Of a DNA stretch of 64,000 bases, positions 17,361 to 24,883 are shown piece by piece. The notes beneath the pieces were generated by a model, which had not been told where the DNA came from, did no database searches, and was given only the letters and a program-made list of their open reading frames with translations. The stretch is taken from positions 28,789 to 92,788 of the IMG/VR virus record IMGVR_UViG_3300044970_001297; one strand, 5' to 3'. Position 1 is the stretch's first letter. Every line of letters starts with the position of its first letter. Origin of the DNA: a virus. Both the position numbers and the translations under genes were made by a program.

Positions 17361-17382
17361 TGTGTGTTTCCTTCTGTGAGTT

Positions 17383-17595
17383 TCACCGACCACGCGCATA
17401 CTCGCGCTCAAGCCTCTCTGCTCCCCGCGATGTCCGTGCCACGAAGAGTTCACCCGCGGTCTTGTGCGAGTAGATGATTCTCGCATGGTACTTGAATGTG
17501 TGCTTGTCGCTGCACTTCACGCAGTGCTTCGTCTCTGGCAGGAACTCAAGTCGGGCATTCGGGATCTCGTTTCCGCAGTCTTCGCAATCACGCAT
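17383..17595 (-). CDS. TraR/DksA C4-type zinc-finger protein
   Basis: CEDCGNEIPNARLEFLPETKHCVKC. Confidence 0.85.
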   Translation of the reverse strand: MRDCEDCGNEIPNARLEFLPETKHCVKCSDKHTFKYHARIIYSHKTAGELFVARTSRGAERLEREYARGR

Positions 17596-17788
17596 ATGCG
17601 ATCCTTTCGAATGAGAACTTCACGGTCTTGCGTTCGATCCGCGCCTCTGCATCGTCGTGCATCTTGCGCTGCTTGATGATGCCCTTGCCGTTTCCGAACG
17701 GCTTGCAGATCGTGCGGTTGTGCTTCGTCACCGCTGTACCTTCGCGCTCCGCTTCCAAGTCGAACCTGTCGATGACTCGCTTCGGCAT
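17588..17788 (-). CDS. Hypothetical protein
   Basis: 66 aa; AGGAGG RBS; first gene after strong promoter. Confidence 0.7.
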   Translation of the reverse strand: MPKRVIDRFDLEAEREGTAVTKHNRTICKPFGNGKGIIKQRKMHDDAEARIERKTVKFSFERIAYA

Positions 17789-17808
17789 TGCGAACCTCCT
17801 GTACGACC

Positions 17809-17837
17809 ATCTTACCTCGGGGCGAAATCCATGTCAA
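17809..17837 (-). promoter_or_regulatory. Sigma70-like early promoter
   Basis: TTGACA-N17-TAAGAT. Confidence 0.75.
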
Positions 17838-17913
17838 GCCCCAAGACGAAACCAAGAAAGCACACGAAAAGATTCAGAACCATTGTGTGTTTCCTTCTGT
17901 GAGTTTTCTCAAA

Positions 17914-17986
17914 CGCTCCCGATAGGATTCGAACCTATGACCTGGTCTTTAGGAAAGACCCGCGCTATCCTCTACGCTACGGGAGC
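17914..17986 (-). tRNA. tRNA-Arg(CCT)
   Basis: Cloverleaf GCTCCCG...GGTTCGAATCC...CGGGAGC; anticodon arm GGTCT-TTCCTAA-AGACC. Confidence 0.92.
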
Positions 17987-17993
17987 AGTCCAT

Positions 17994-18359
17994 TCACGCG
18001 CCCTTGACGAGCATCGAAGGCAACTTCCACTCTTCGATGTTCTTGCTGTCCCGCACCCAATAGAACACGGAGTCGTTGTCATCCACCATGAGGGTGCCGT
18101 GGCATTCGCGCAGCATCTCGTCGCACTCGCTGAGGATCGCGGTCCTCGTATCCTTCGGGAGGTCGAGGATCTCGTCCTCCGTGATGATGATGTTCGCGAA
18201 GGAACCAGGCGGAAGCCATGCAATCGGATCCTCTGAGAAACACGCATTCCCCCGAATGCCCTCAAGCCATGCGACGAGATCGCAGACCTGTTCGAAGGGC
18301 GTGGTCACGATGTACGAAATCAGATTCTCCGCGACGAGAAGGAACTTCACCTTATCCAT
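17994..18359 (-). CDS. Hypothetical protein
   Basis: Start trimmed to MDKVKF; operon-style packing. Confidence 0.65.
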   Translation of the reverse strand: MDKVKFLLVAENLISYIVTTPFEQVCDLVAWLEGIRGNACFSEDPIAWLPPGSFANIIITEDEILDLPKDTRTAILSECDEMLRECHGTLMVDDNDSVFYWVRDSKNIEEWKLPSMLVKGA

Positions 18360-18756
18360 TCGCAGCACCTTCCTTTCCGATCAGTTCACGAAGCAGGAGA
18401 TCGTCGCCATCGGTGTCGTTGAGGATGCCCTCGACACGGAGCATCATCGTCTCACCGAAGTTCTCCTTCATGAAGTTGGTGAGTTGGAGGTTGAGAGACT
18501 TCGACTTCGGATCCATCGGAATGTTTGCATTCTGATAGACGATGTAGTTGTTTTCGATGATCTTCGAAAGGATCTTCGAAATCTCGTTGAGAGAGAACAC
18601 AGAGATTCGCGCCTCGTTGTACTTGTTCTTGAGACGGCGATTCTCATCATTGAGCGCGAGGATCTTGGAGACGATGATCTTCTTGCCCACCTCGCTCTCC
18701 ATGCACTTGAGGATGGCAGTTTCGGCAACGGTCTTTGCGGTGGAGTTGCTGCTCAT
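18352..18756 (-). CDS. Hypothetical coiled-coil protein
   Basis: Start trimmed to MSSNST (GGAAACTCGCAATG). Confidence 0.7.
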   Translation of the reverse strand: MSSNSTAKTVAETAILKCMESEVGKKIIVSKILALNDENRRLKNKYNEARISVFSLNEISKILSKIIENNYIVYQNANIPMDPKSKSLNLQLTNFMKENFGETMMLRVEGILNDTDGDDLLLRELIGKEGAANG

Positions 18757-18811
18757 TGCGAGTTTCCTTTGTTTGTTTTCGTGTTCTCGGAAAGACAGAC
18801 TACGCACTCAC

Positions 18812-19108
18812 TCACTCGTCATCGTCAAAGTACTCATCTTCGTCCTCGCCCTCCCACTCTTCCTCTTCGTCATCTTCGAACTCGTCTTCCTCTTCCTCGC
18901 AGTCGAGGTCTTCCCACTCGTTCTCCTCTTCCTCGTCTTCGAAGTCATCATCGTCATCGAACTCGTCATCGTCTTCGAAGTCTTCGCCGTCCTCGTCTTC
19001 GTCCTCCTCCTCGTCCCACTCGCTCTCGTCATCGTCGTAGTCCTCCTCAAGCGCAATGAGGGTGCGGTCGAGGTGGTCGCGGTAGAAAGTATCTTCGTCG
19101 TTGCTCAT
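18812..19108 (-). CDS. Hyper-acidic Asp/Glu protein (possible nucleic-acid mimic)
   Basis: 98 aa; last ~78 residues almost only D/E with interspersed F/W/Y; GAAACACACAATG start context. Confidence 0.75.
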   Translation of the reverse strand: MSNDEDTFYRDHLDRTLIALEEDYDDDESEWDEEEDEDEDGEDFEDDDEFDDDDDFEDEEEENEWEDLDCEEEEDEFEDDEEEEWEGEDEDEYFDDDE

Positions 19109-19132
19109 TGTGTGTTTCTCTCTTTCTCAGTT

Positions 19133-19420
19133 TCAGGAGGTGACGGTTGCAAGTTCGCGAAGCATGTCGGCAATCTGCTGCCAGTTGATCGTCGGGTCAT
19201 CGACCTTGACTCCATCGGGAGTCTCTTGCTTGCGGTAGTGGTCATCGAACGCGATGCTGACGAACGCCTTTGCCCATGCCGCAGTAGGAAGATTACCACG
19301 GGCATGGAGCCTGTCAACAGCCTTCACGGAAGTCTTGTAAAGATTCTCGTCGTTCGAAAGCCAGAGCGAAATGTTCCATGTGCTGTGGTTCGACCAACCA
19401 TTGTAAGTTTCAGAACTCAT
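19133..19420 (-). CDS. Conserved phage hypothetical protein (YNGWxNxxTW family)
   Basis: [21 protein letters not shown]...TPDGV...INWQQIA; start trimmed to MSSETY. Confidence 0.75.
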   Translation of the reverse strand: MSSETYNGWSNHSTWNISLWLSNDENLYKTSVKAVDRLHARGNLPTAAWAKAFVSIAFDDHYRKQETPDGVKVDDPTINWQQIADMLRELATVTS

Positions 19421-19440
19421 TGTGTGTTTCCCTCTGTGTT

Positions 19441-19731
19441 TCAGGAGTTGGTGTTCTCGTTGCTGCCGTTGCCGTCCTGTTCCGTCGTGTTCTGCGGAGC
19501 GACGGGTGCGGGTGACGGAATCGGGTTGTTGTTCCACACGATGCCACCGACCGCACGACCGCGCTTGAGCGTGATGCGGGTTCCATAGCGCGAGAGCATC
19601 AGGCGACGGATGGTGGACGCGGAAACGCCAGTCAACTTGCCAAGGGTCTTGAAGTTCGTCTTGCCGTTGTTGAGGGTGTTCTCGACGGTGTTCCAATCAA
19701 TGATGTTCGGGTTGATGGGCTTACGAGCCAT
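19441..19731 (-). CDS. Putative HTH DNA-binding protein
   Basis: [20 protein letters not shown]. Confidence 0.65.
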   Translation of the reverse strand: MARKPINPNIIDWNTVENTLNNGKTNFKTLGKLTGVSASTIRRLMLSRYGTRITLKRGRAVGGIVWNNNPIPSPAPVAPQNTTEQDGNGSNENTNS

Positions 19732-19810
19732 TGTGAGTTTCTCCTGCTGAAGTTTGAAATTTGAAAAACAGAAAACGAATTTTGAGTTTGCGGTCGCTTA
19801 CAAGTTCAGT

Positions 19811-20185
19811 TCATGCGAGATCTCCGTACTGAACTCCCGTCTGCGGATCGCTGTCTGAGGGAGTGTTGCAGCACGATGCACTGCGTCGAGCCTGTGCTGC
19901 GATTCGGACATTCTGTCGTTCGATCACGCGCTGAAGAGCCGCGTTCCGCTCGCTGAGATTGCGAACTTCTTCCTGAAGATCACGGATCTTCTTCTCGTCG
20001 CCCTCACACGCCTCGACTTCGTTCTTCCACCCAGTTGCCTTGCGAACCGCATCGGCGGCAACACGCTCAAGACGCGCATTGTCCTCGCGCAGTTGAATGA
20101 TGATCTTCTCGCGGTTCTGAATCGTCTCCGCGAGGGACTCGACCACGGTGCCGCACACATCGCTGAAAGAGGGAATGTTGCTCAT
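19811..20185 (-). CDS. Hypothetical coiled-coil protein
   Basis: Start trimmed to MSNIPS (GGAGTTTTCATCATG). Confidence 0.7.
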   Translation of the reverse strand: MSNIPSFSDVCGTVVESLAETIQNREKIIIQLREDNARLERVAADAVRKATGWKNEVEACEGDEKKIRDLQEEVRNLSERNAALQRVIERQNVRIAAQARRSASCCNTPSDSDPQTGVQYGDLA

Positions 20186-20254
20186 GATGAAAACTCCGAA
20201 TGTGAAATTTAGAACTGCGAAATGGGCGGTCGCATCGCCCACCGATGGCGTAGG

Positions 20255-21526
20255 TCAGAACGGGACAGTCTGATCCGACTTCTCGTCCGACTTCGCGCCC
20301 TTCTGCGCGTCGGTCGAGGTGTCCGCGATCTTGTTGTAGAACGAGTAGAACGACTCGCGGGTGTTCTCATCGAACCGCGCAAGCGCGAGGTTCATCGCCG
20401 TCTTGAGATCACCGAAGATCACATAGCCTTCGGCAATCGCGACGAGACGGCGAGTCGAGACGAGATCCTCGACCGCACCCGCCTCATACGCCTTGCGGAC
20501 GGAGTCCGACCAACGCGAGAGGTTCTCCGACAGAGTGGTAGCGACCGCAGCATCGACACCAAGCGCGTCGAACGCCTTGCTGAGGATCGCGATTTCCGTC
20601 GCGACGGGCGGGTACGGCTGATCGACGGTGATCTTGAACCGCTCAAGCAGGGCCTCGTTCTGCACACGGGTGCCGACGAAGCGACCATCGTCGCTACCCT
20701 TGCCCTTGGTGTTCGCGGTCGCGAACACGGTGAAGCCGCGCTCGGGCTTGATGAAGCGACCGACCTTCTTGAGGAAGACGCCCTTGCCCTCAAGCACGGG
20801 CTGAAGGCACATCGTCTTGAACGACCCAAGGTCGAGTTCGTCAAGCAGGAGAACCGCACCGCGCTTCATGGCTTCGACCACGGGACCATCGACCCACACG
20901 GTGTTGCCGTTGATGAGACGGAAACCGCCAAGGAGATCGTCCTCATCCGTCTCTTCGGTGATGTTGACGCGGAAGAACTCGCGACCCTCCTTCGCGCAAA
21001 TCTGCTCGACCATCAGGGTCTTGCCGTTGCCCGAAAGGCCGTTGATCCACGCGGGGAAGAACACCTTCGACTTGACGATGGAGCGCAGGGTCGAGAAGTG
21101 ACCCCACGGCACATAGATCGGATTCGTCGCGGGGACGAACTTCTCGACCTCGGTGACGAGAGCCGCGACCGAAGTGGGCGCGGGTGCCGACTCGACAACC
21201 GCAGCGACCGCCTTGGCGCGGACCTGAGGTGCGACGGGCGCAGACGCAGCGCAAGCAGCGACGGCTTCGGGGATGCTGTAGAGGCCGCGACCCGCACGAC
21301 GCTTCGCGTCGTTCGTGACCCACACGGGCGCACCGCTCATGCCGCACTTCTCAGCAGCAGCGAGAACCTGAGTACGAGTGTAGTTGTGTTCGCCGTCGCC
21401 GTTCCCGTAGAGCGAGACGATGGTGTCCACGAAACGACGCTGACGAGTCTGAAGGTTGCCGTACATGGTGACTCCGTTGTTGGTGTTGCGGATGGGCTTG
21501 GTGCTGTTGGTGATCTTCATCGACAT
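20255..21526 (-). CDS. cobS: CobS-like (MoxR-type) AAA+ ATPase
   Basis: Walker A GLSGNGKT, Walker B VLLLDE, ATANTKGKGSDDGRF, NEALLERF, STRRL; typical T4-like phage CobS. Confidence 0.9.
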   Translation of the reverse strand: MSMKITNSTKPIRNTNNGVTMYGNLQTRQRRFVDTIVSLYGNGDGEHNYTRTQVLAAAEKCGMSGAPVWVTNDAKRRAGRGLYSIPEAVAACAASAPVAPQVRAKAVAAVVESAPAPTSVAALVTEVEKFVPATNPIYVPWGHFSTLRSIVKSKVFFPAWINGLSGNGKTLMVEQICAKEGREFFRVNITEETDEDDLLGGFRLINGNTVWVDGPVVEAMKRGAVLLLDELDLGSFKTMCLQPVLEGKGVFLKKVGRFIKPERGFTVFATANTKGKGSDDGRFVGTRVQNEALLERFKITVDQPYPPVATEIAILSKAFDALGVDAAVATTLSENLSRWSDSVRKAYEAGAVEDLVSTRRLVAIAEGYVIFGDLKTAMNLALARFDENTRESFYSFYNKIADTSTDAQKGAKSDEKSDQTVPF

Positions 21527-21532
21527 GCCATA

Positions 21533-21561
21533 AGTATCTGATACTTTGATTCGTCTGTCTA
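21533..21561 (-). promoter_or_regulatory. Sigma70-like early promoter of cobS
   Basis: TAGACA-N17-GATACT, 6 nt before ATG. Confidence 0.65.
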
Positions 21562-21600
21562 CGGGGTCGGACGAAAATCCGCGAAAAAAGTCCAGATTTC

Positions 21601-21629
21601 TGTAAGTCTTGGTCTGGTAAGGACTTACG
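21601..21629. promoter_or_regulatory. 11-7-11 palindromic site, copy 2
   Basis: TGTAAGTCTTG-GTCTGGT-AAGGACTTACG. Confidence 0.65.
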
Positions 21630-21647
21630 GAGAAACAATCCGTGGTT

Positions 21648-22073
21648 TTAGTCGAGGTTTTCGCGCACCTTGCGCCAATAACTCAGAGTTGAGGGCTTTT
21701 TCCAACCTTTTGGACCGCCATTGTGTACGCGGGAGAGGGTTTCGAATGACCAATTCGGTGCGTAGCGAGTCCAGTACGCGATGACGATCTTCCTCGCGTA
21801 GGCTTCGTTCTTGCAGTCTGAGTACTTGCCACCGATGGAAGTATCGAAATCAACCGCGTCCTTCCAATACGAATAGTGAATTTGCAGAGGACCGATTGCC
21901 TTGCCGCCGTCACCGACAGCGTTTGCGGGATCCTTCGATCCGCCCGTCTCAACTTTCTGAACCGCGTCGAGGATGTTGTCGAAGTCGAAGTTTGCGGGAG
22001 GAGGAACCGCGACTGCCGATGCGGTCACGATGAAGGCGAGGATGGTGGGGAGAGTGAAGTTCGTATTCTTCAT
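21648..22073 (-). CDS. Secreted invertebrate-type (destabilase-like) lysozyme
   Basis: Signal peptide ending ASAVA; VETGG, GPLQIHYSYWKDA, YSDC, SRVHNGGPKG, TLSYW. Confidence 0.8.
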   Translation of the reverse strand: MKNTNFTLPTILAFIVTASAVAVPPPANFDFDNILDAVQKVETGGSKDPANAVGDGGKAIGPLQIHYSYWKDAVDFDTSIGGKYSDCKNEAYARKIVIAYWTRYAPNWSFETLSRVHNGGPKGWKKPSTLSYWRKVRENLD

Positions 22074-22084
22074 TGTGAGTTTCC

Positions 22085-22396
22085 TCAGAGGTTGATGCCG
22101 CTCTTGCGAAGATCAGCGATGATGGAGTCCGCGACATCCGAAATGCTGTCCTCCTCCTGCTTGGTCACGATGTCGATTCCCTTCTTGATGAACTCGGTGC
22201 CTTCGTCCTTGAGGATCTCGCCGTCGCGGATGGTCGAGTAGACGCGGCACTCAGCGATCAGGAGCGCGAGCAGCGATGCCGTCGAGGGGTCGATGCTCTG
22301 TCCCTTCGTGACATACGACACGATGGTCTTGCCGATCAGGTCGATGTTGGTGATGTTCTGCTGCGCGGTGATGATGTCGTTGTTCTTGTCGTTCAT
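22085..22396 (-). CDS. Hypothetical protein
   Basis: 103 aa; GGAAACACACAATG. Confidence 0.7.
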   Translation of the reverse strand: MNDKNNDIITAQQNITNIDLIGKTIVSYVTKGQSIDPSTASLLALLIAECRVYSTIRDGEILKDEGTEFIKKGIDIVTKQEEDSISDVADSIIADLRKSGINL

Positions 22397-22413
22397 TGTG
22401 TGTTTCCTTTGTC

Positions 22414-22728
22414 TCAGGACATGTCGGTCGAACGGAACAGATTGTTGTTGGCGTTGGCTTCGCGCTCCTCGCGGAGTCGAGCAATCTCCTTCCGAAGCGA
22501 ATCATTGTCCGCTTCGACTCCTTCTGCCCATGCGGTGAGGTCATTCACCGCTTCACGAAGATCGCGAATCTCCTGTGCTGCCTCACAGAGATCAGTGTTC
22601 GTGAGGATGTGTAGTGGAGGCTTGGTCAGAAGCCTATCAACGATGTCTCGCTTCGTTCCGCCATTCGCAGCGAGTTCGTGGAAGAGCATATGCGAAGCGG
22701 TCTTGGGCGTGTTGTTCTCGTTGTTCAT
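22414..22728 (-). CDS. Hypothetical coiled-coil protein
   Basis: DIVDRL...LCEAAQEIRDLRE; GAGAAACACACAATG. Confidence 0.7.
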   Translation of the reverse strand: MNNENNTPKTASHMLFHELAANGGTKRDIVDRLLTKPPLHILTNTDLCEAAQEIRDLREAVNDLTAWAEGVEADNDSLRKEIARLREEREANANNNLFRSTDMS

Positions 22729-22749
22729 TGTGTGTTTCTCCTTGTTTGT

Positions 22750-23064
22750 TCAGAGAGTCGAATCGCAGTTGTCGCAGATCTCGACCGCACGGTCGAAGCA
22801 TCCGCACGACTTGTAGTAGGTCGCGTTGTCGAGGTGCGTGAGCGGCACCATCATTGCCATCGAATTCTTGAACTTGCCATCGGAGTACAACTTGCCGACC
22901 TTCGCACGGAGTTCGCGAATCCGCGCCTCTGCCTGTTCGCGGGTGTGGTTCTGCGGTCCAGGCTTGTCGAAGATCAGCGACGGCTCTGCGGTCTTCGTCA
23001 CCTTGACGGAAACCTTGGTGCGGACGGGCTTCGCGGACTTCTTTGCAGTCTTGGTCTTGCTCAT
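22750..23064 (-). CDS. Hypothetical protein with C-terminal CxxC pair
   Basis: Start trimmed to MSKTKT; KSCGC...ICDNCD. Confidence 0.65.
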   Translation of the reverse strand: MSKTKTAKKSAKPVRTKVSVKVTKTAEPSLIFDKPGPQNHTREQAEARIRELRAKVGKLYSDGKFKNSMAMMVPLTHLDNATYYKSCGCFDRAVEICDNCDSTL

Positions 23065-23083
23065 GATGAAAACTCCTAGTTGT

Positions 23084-23455
23084 TCAGTGCTTGCGAACGA
23101 TCTTGCCAGAGAGTTGCCGATCCCTGCGATTGGAACGATAGTCATGCCGTCCCTCGGAGTCGCCCCAACTACTAGAACGCACAGCCCCAAGGGTCATGGG
23201 TGCGAGTTCCACCCGATCCCCGACGCGCACATCGGGAAGCCCCTCCTGCGTCTGAGACTTGCCGATGTATCCCATGAGTACCCATCCCTCATCGGTGCGA
23301 ATGCGGACCCACATACGCCACACCTTCGGACCAGTGCCGAACGGAACGGTGGTGCCATACACCGCCTTCTTCGCGACGATCTTCCCGCTGAAGGCGTGAG
23401 GAGTCTTGAAGTACTCCATCTTTGGCATTGGTTGGGGTGAATTGCTCTCGTTCAT
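23084..23455 (-). CDS. Hypothetical protein (possible OB-like fold)
   Basis: Start trimmed to MNESNS; beta-rich, VRVGDRVEL. Confidence 0.55.
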   Translation of the reverse strand: MNESNSPQPMPKMEYFKTPHAFSGKIVAKKAVYGTTVPFGTGPKVWRMWVRIRTDEGWVLMGYIGKSQTQEGLPDVRVGDRVELAPMTLGAVRSSSWGDSEGRHDYRSNRRDRQLSGKIVRKH

Positions 23456-23465
23456 CGTCGTGTTC

Positions 23466-23663
23466 TCAGAAAGGAAGGTCGAAGAGGTCGCCAAGGTCGA
23501 GTTCGCCGCCCTTGAGGTGTGCGCGTTCGCGGTCGCGGCGGTCGCACTCCTCATTGTAGGCATTCCACTCTTCGCGCGACTTGAACCTTTCGGGGTATTC
23601 GCGCTGCATTGCGTCGTTGGTGAGCCGTTCGAAGGCGCATGGGTTGTTGGTGTCGCTGCTCAT
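23466..23663 (-). CDS. Hypothetical protein
   Basis: 65 aa; first gene after promoter. Confidence 0.65.
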   Translation of the reverse strand: MSSDTNNPCAFERLTNDAMQREYPERFKSREEWNAYNEECDRRDRERAHLKGGELDLGDLFDLPF

Positions 23664-23671
23664 GATGTCCC

Positions 23672-23699
23672 ACTATGACAGAAAATCGTCCGAATGCAA
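23672..23699 (-). promoter_or_regulatory. Sigma70-like early promoter
   Basis: TTGCAT-N16-CATAGT with extended TG; T-tracts upstream. Confidence 0.55.
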
Positions 23700-23820
23700 G
23701 CCCCAAATGAGTCTGAGGCACGAAAAAAACGAAAAAAGGTGAAAATTGTCTCCGAATAGTTCGGAATTTTGACCGATAATGTGATTTTTGCCCCAAATTA
23801 GCATTTTCACACTTCGAAAT

Positions 23821-24057
23821 TCACATTTTGTCATCTTTGTGGCATGGGCAAGGGTACTTCGCTTCGTCCTTGATGCCCTGCAAGACTATGAAGTTGGATG
23901 GGATGTCCTCGGGATTGCGTAATGCTCTCGCAACTCCGTTGTCGAACTCGCTCTTGGTGAGCAAAAGTTCAAACTGATAGCCTTCGGAGTTCACATGTGT
24001 GCATAGAAAGTACTCGTCTGCCTCTCTCGCGGACTTCTTGTTGAGATTCTTTGCCAT
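23821..24057 (-). CDS. Hypothetical protein
   Basis: 78 aa; AGGAGG RBS; CTAAATA late promoter at 24077-24083. Confidence 0.7.
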   Translation of the reverse strand: MAKNLNKKSAREADEYFLCTHVNSEGYQFELLLTKSEFDNGVARALRNPEDIPSNFIVLQGIKDEAKYPCPCHKDDKM

Positions 24058-24090
24058 GTTTCAATCCTCCTATGACTATTTAGAGTTCTG

Positions 24091-24123
24091 AAACAAAACA
24101 AGAGGCTTTTGCAAGCCTCTTGT
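24091..24123 (-). terminator. Intrinsic terminator
   Basis: ACAAGAGGCTT-GCAA-AAGCCTCTTGT then TTTGTTT. Confidence 0.8.
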
Positions 24124-24149
24124 GGTCGATTTACTCGACCTATGAATGA

Positions 24150-24270
24150 TGACACTATGATGGATTACACCATCTTTTCTTGCTTTGTCGGTCGATTGAC
24201 TAGTATAGACCGTTTTACGCAAGAGCATCTCTTGTCAAGACCGCGTTTTCGTCAGAACGCCACTAGTGTC
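24150..24270 (-). ncRNA. Candidate tRNA-like structured ncRNA (~120 nt)
   Basis: Terminal GACACTA/TAGTGTC 7-bp stem, adjacent GATGG-TGTAAT-CCATC T-arm-like hairpin, two internal hairpins; no ORF; followed by terminator. Confidence 0.45.
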
Positions 24271-24273
24271 GAA

Positions 24274-24361
24274 TGGAGTCGGGGGGATTCGCACCCCCGT
24301 GCATTGGGATTGTTTGCAAAGATCAACGATGTCGAGTCTATGTATCGCGTCACTCGACTTC
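24274..24361 (-). ncRNA. tmRNA/tRNA-like element (tRNA-like domain only)
   Basis: 3' end ACGGGGGTGCGAATCCCCCCGACTCCA resembles tmRNA 3' end; AGACTCGAC resembles 5' GATTCGAC; acceptor 5' strand imperfect. Confidence 0.45.
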
Positions 24362-24607
24362 GACGCGAATCTTGAAATGTCCTTCCTTGTGCGGTTCGAT
24401 TCGAATCGACTTGATGACACCGAAGCCGTAGTCCGATCCAACGGTAATGAATGGACCACCTTCGGGGTCGAAATACGCAATCTCTGTGTTGTCCTCGTTC
24501 ATGCCAGCCCGACCGAAGCGAGACTCACCTTCGATTGTGAAGATGTTGTGTCCGTTGTCGGTGATGTTGCGAGGTTGTCCGTAACGAGACTTCAACTTGG
24601 TAAGCAT
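24350..24607 (-). CDS. Conserved phage hypothetical protein
   Basis: 85 aa; KSRYG...YFDPEGGPFITVG; AGGAG RBS. Confidence 0.75.
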   Translation of the reverse strand: MLTKLKSRYGQPRNITDNGHNIFTIEGESRFGRAGMNEDNTEIAYFDPEGGPFITVGSDYGFGVIKSIRIEPHKEGHFKIRVEVE

Positions 24608-24642
24608 CTGCTTTCTCCTGCTTGAGTTCTCTCTGTCAGAAG

Positions 24643-24716
24643 CACACCTGGCTGGATTCGAACCAGCGACAAACGGATTAGAAATCCGTTACTCTATCCT
24701 GCTGAGTTACAGGTGT
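24643..24716 (-). tRNA. tRNA-Arg(TCT)
   Basis: Cloverleaf; anticodon arm ACGGA-TTTCTAA-TCCGT. Confidence 0.92.
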
Positions 24717-24727
24717 GTGTAAGGATT

Positions 24728-24865
24728 CTACTTCGGCTTCTTGGGGGAGGTCTTTCTCTTTGGCTTCTTCTTGCCAAAGATTCTATCCCAATTCTCTGCC
24801 CACTTCTTCTGGTCTACGGGGCGATACGAATCACCTTTTCCTGCGCTGTGCCGTCTGTTTTCCAT
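24728..24865 (-). CDS. Small conserved T4-like phage protein (45 aa)
   Basis: Hand-translated MENRRHSAGKGDSYRPVDQKKWAENWDRIFGKKK...; GKG..RP....NWDRIF motif. Confidence 0.75.
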   Translation of the reverse strand: MENRRHSAGKGDSYRPVDQKKWAENWDRIFGKKKPKRKTSPKKPK

Positions 24866-24883
24866 GCAGTCTCTCCATAAAAA

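Noticed and set aside
18735-19056. Poly-Ser and Thr/Arg-rich ORFs
   Set aside because: Alternative frames of the poly-D/E gene, which has the conserved start motif
12153-21526. cobS/cobT as cobalamin-biosynthesis auxiliary genes
   Set aside because: No cobN or other cob genes in the window; in T4-like phages this is a generic MoxR AAA+/VWA pair
12120-21541. Long plus-strand ORFs (12120..13748, 18076..19059, 18548..19588, 20222..21541)
   Set aside because: Antisense shadows of strongly codon-biased minus-strand genes; no RBS or recognisable motifs
24244-24260. CTGACGA followed by AAAC, like a hammerhead ribozyme core
   Set aside because: No stem II or separate GAAA; it is a hairpin loop
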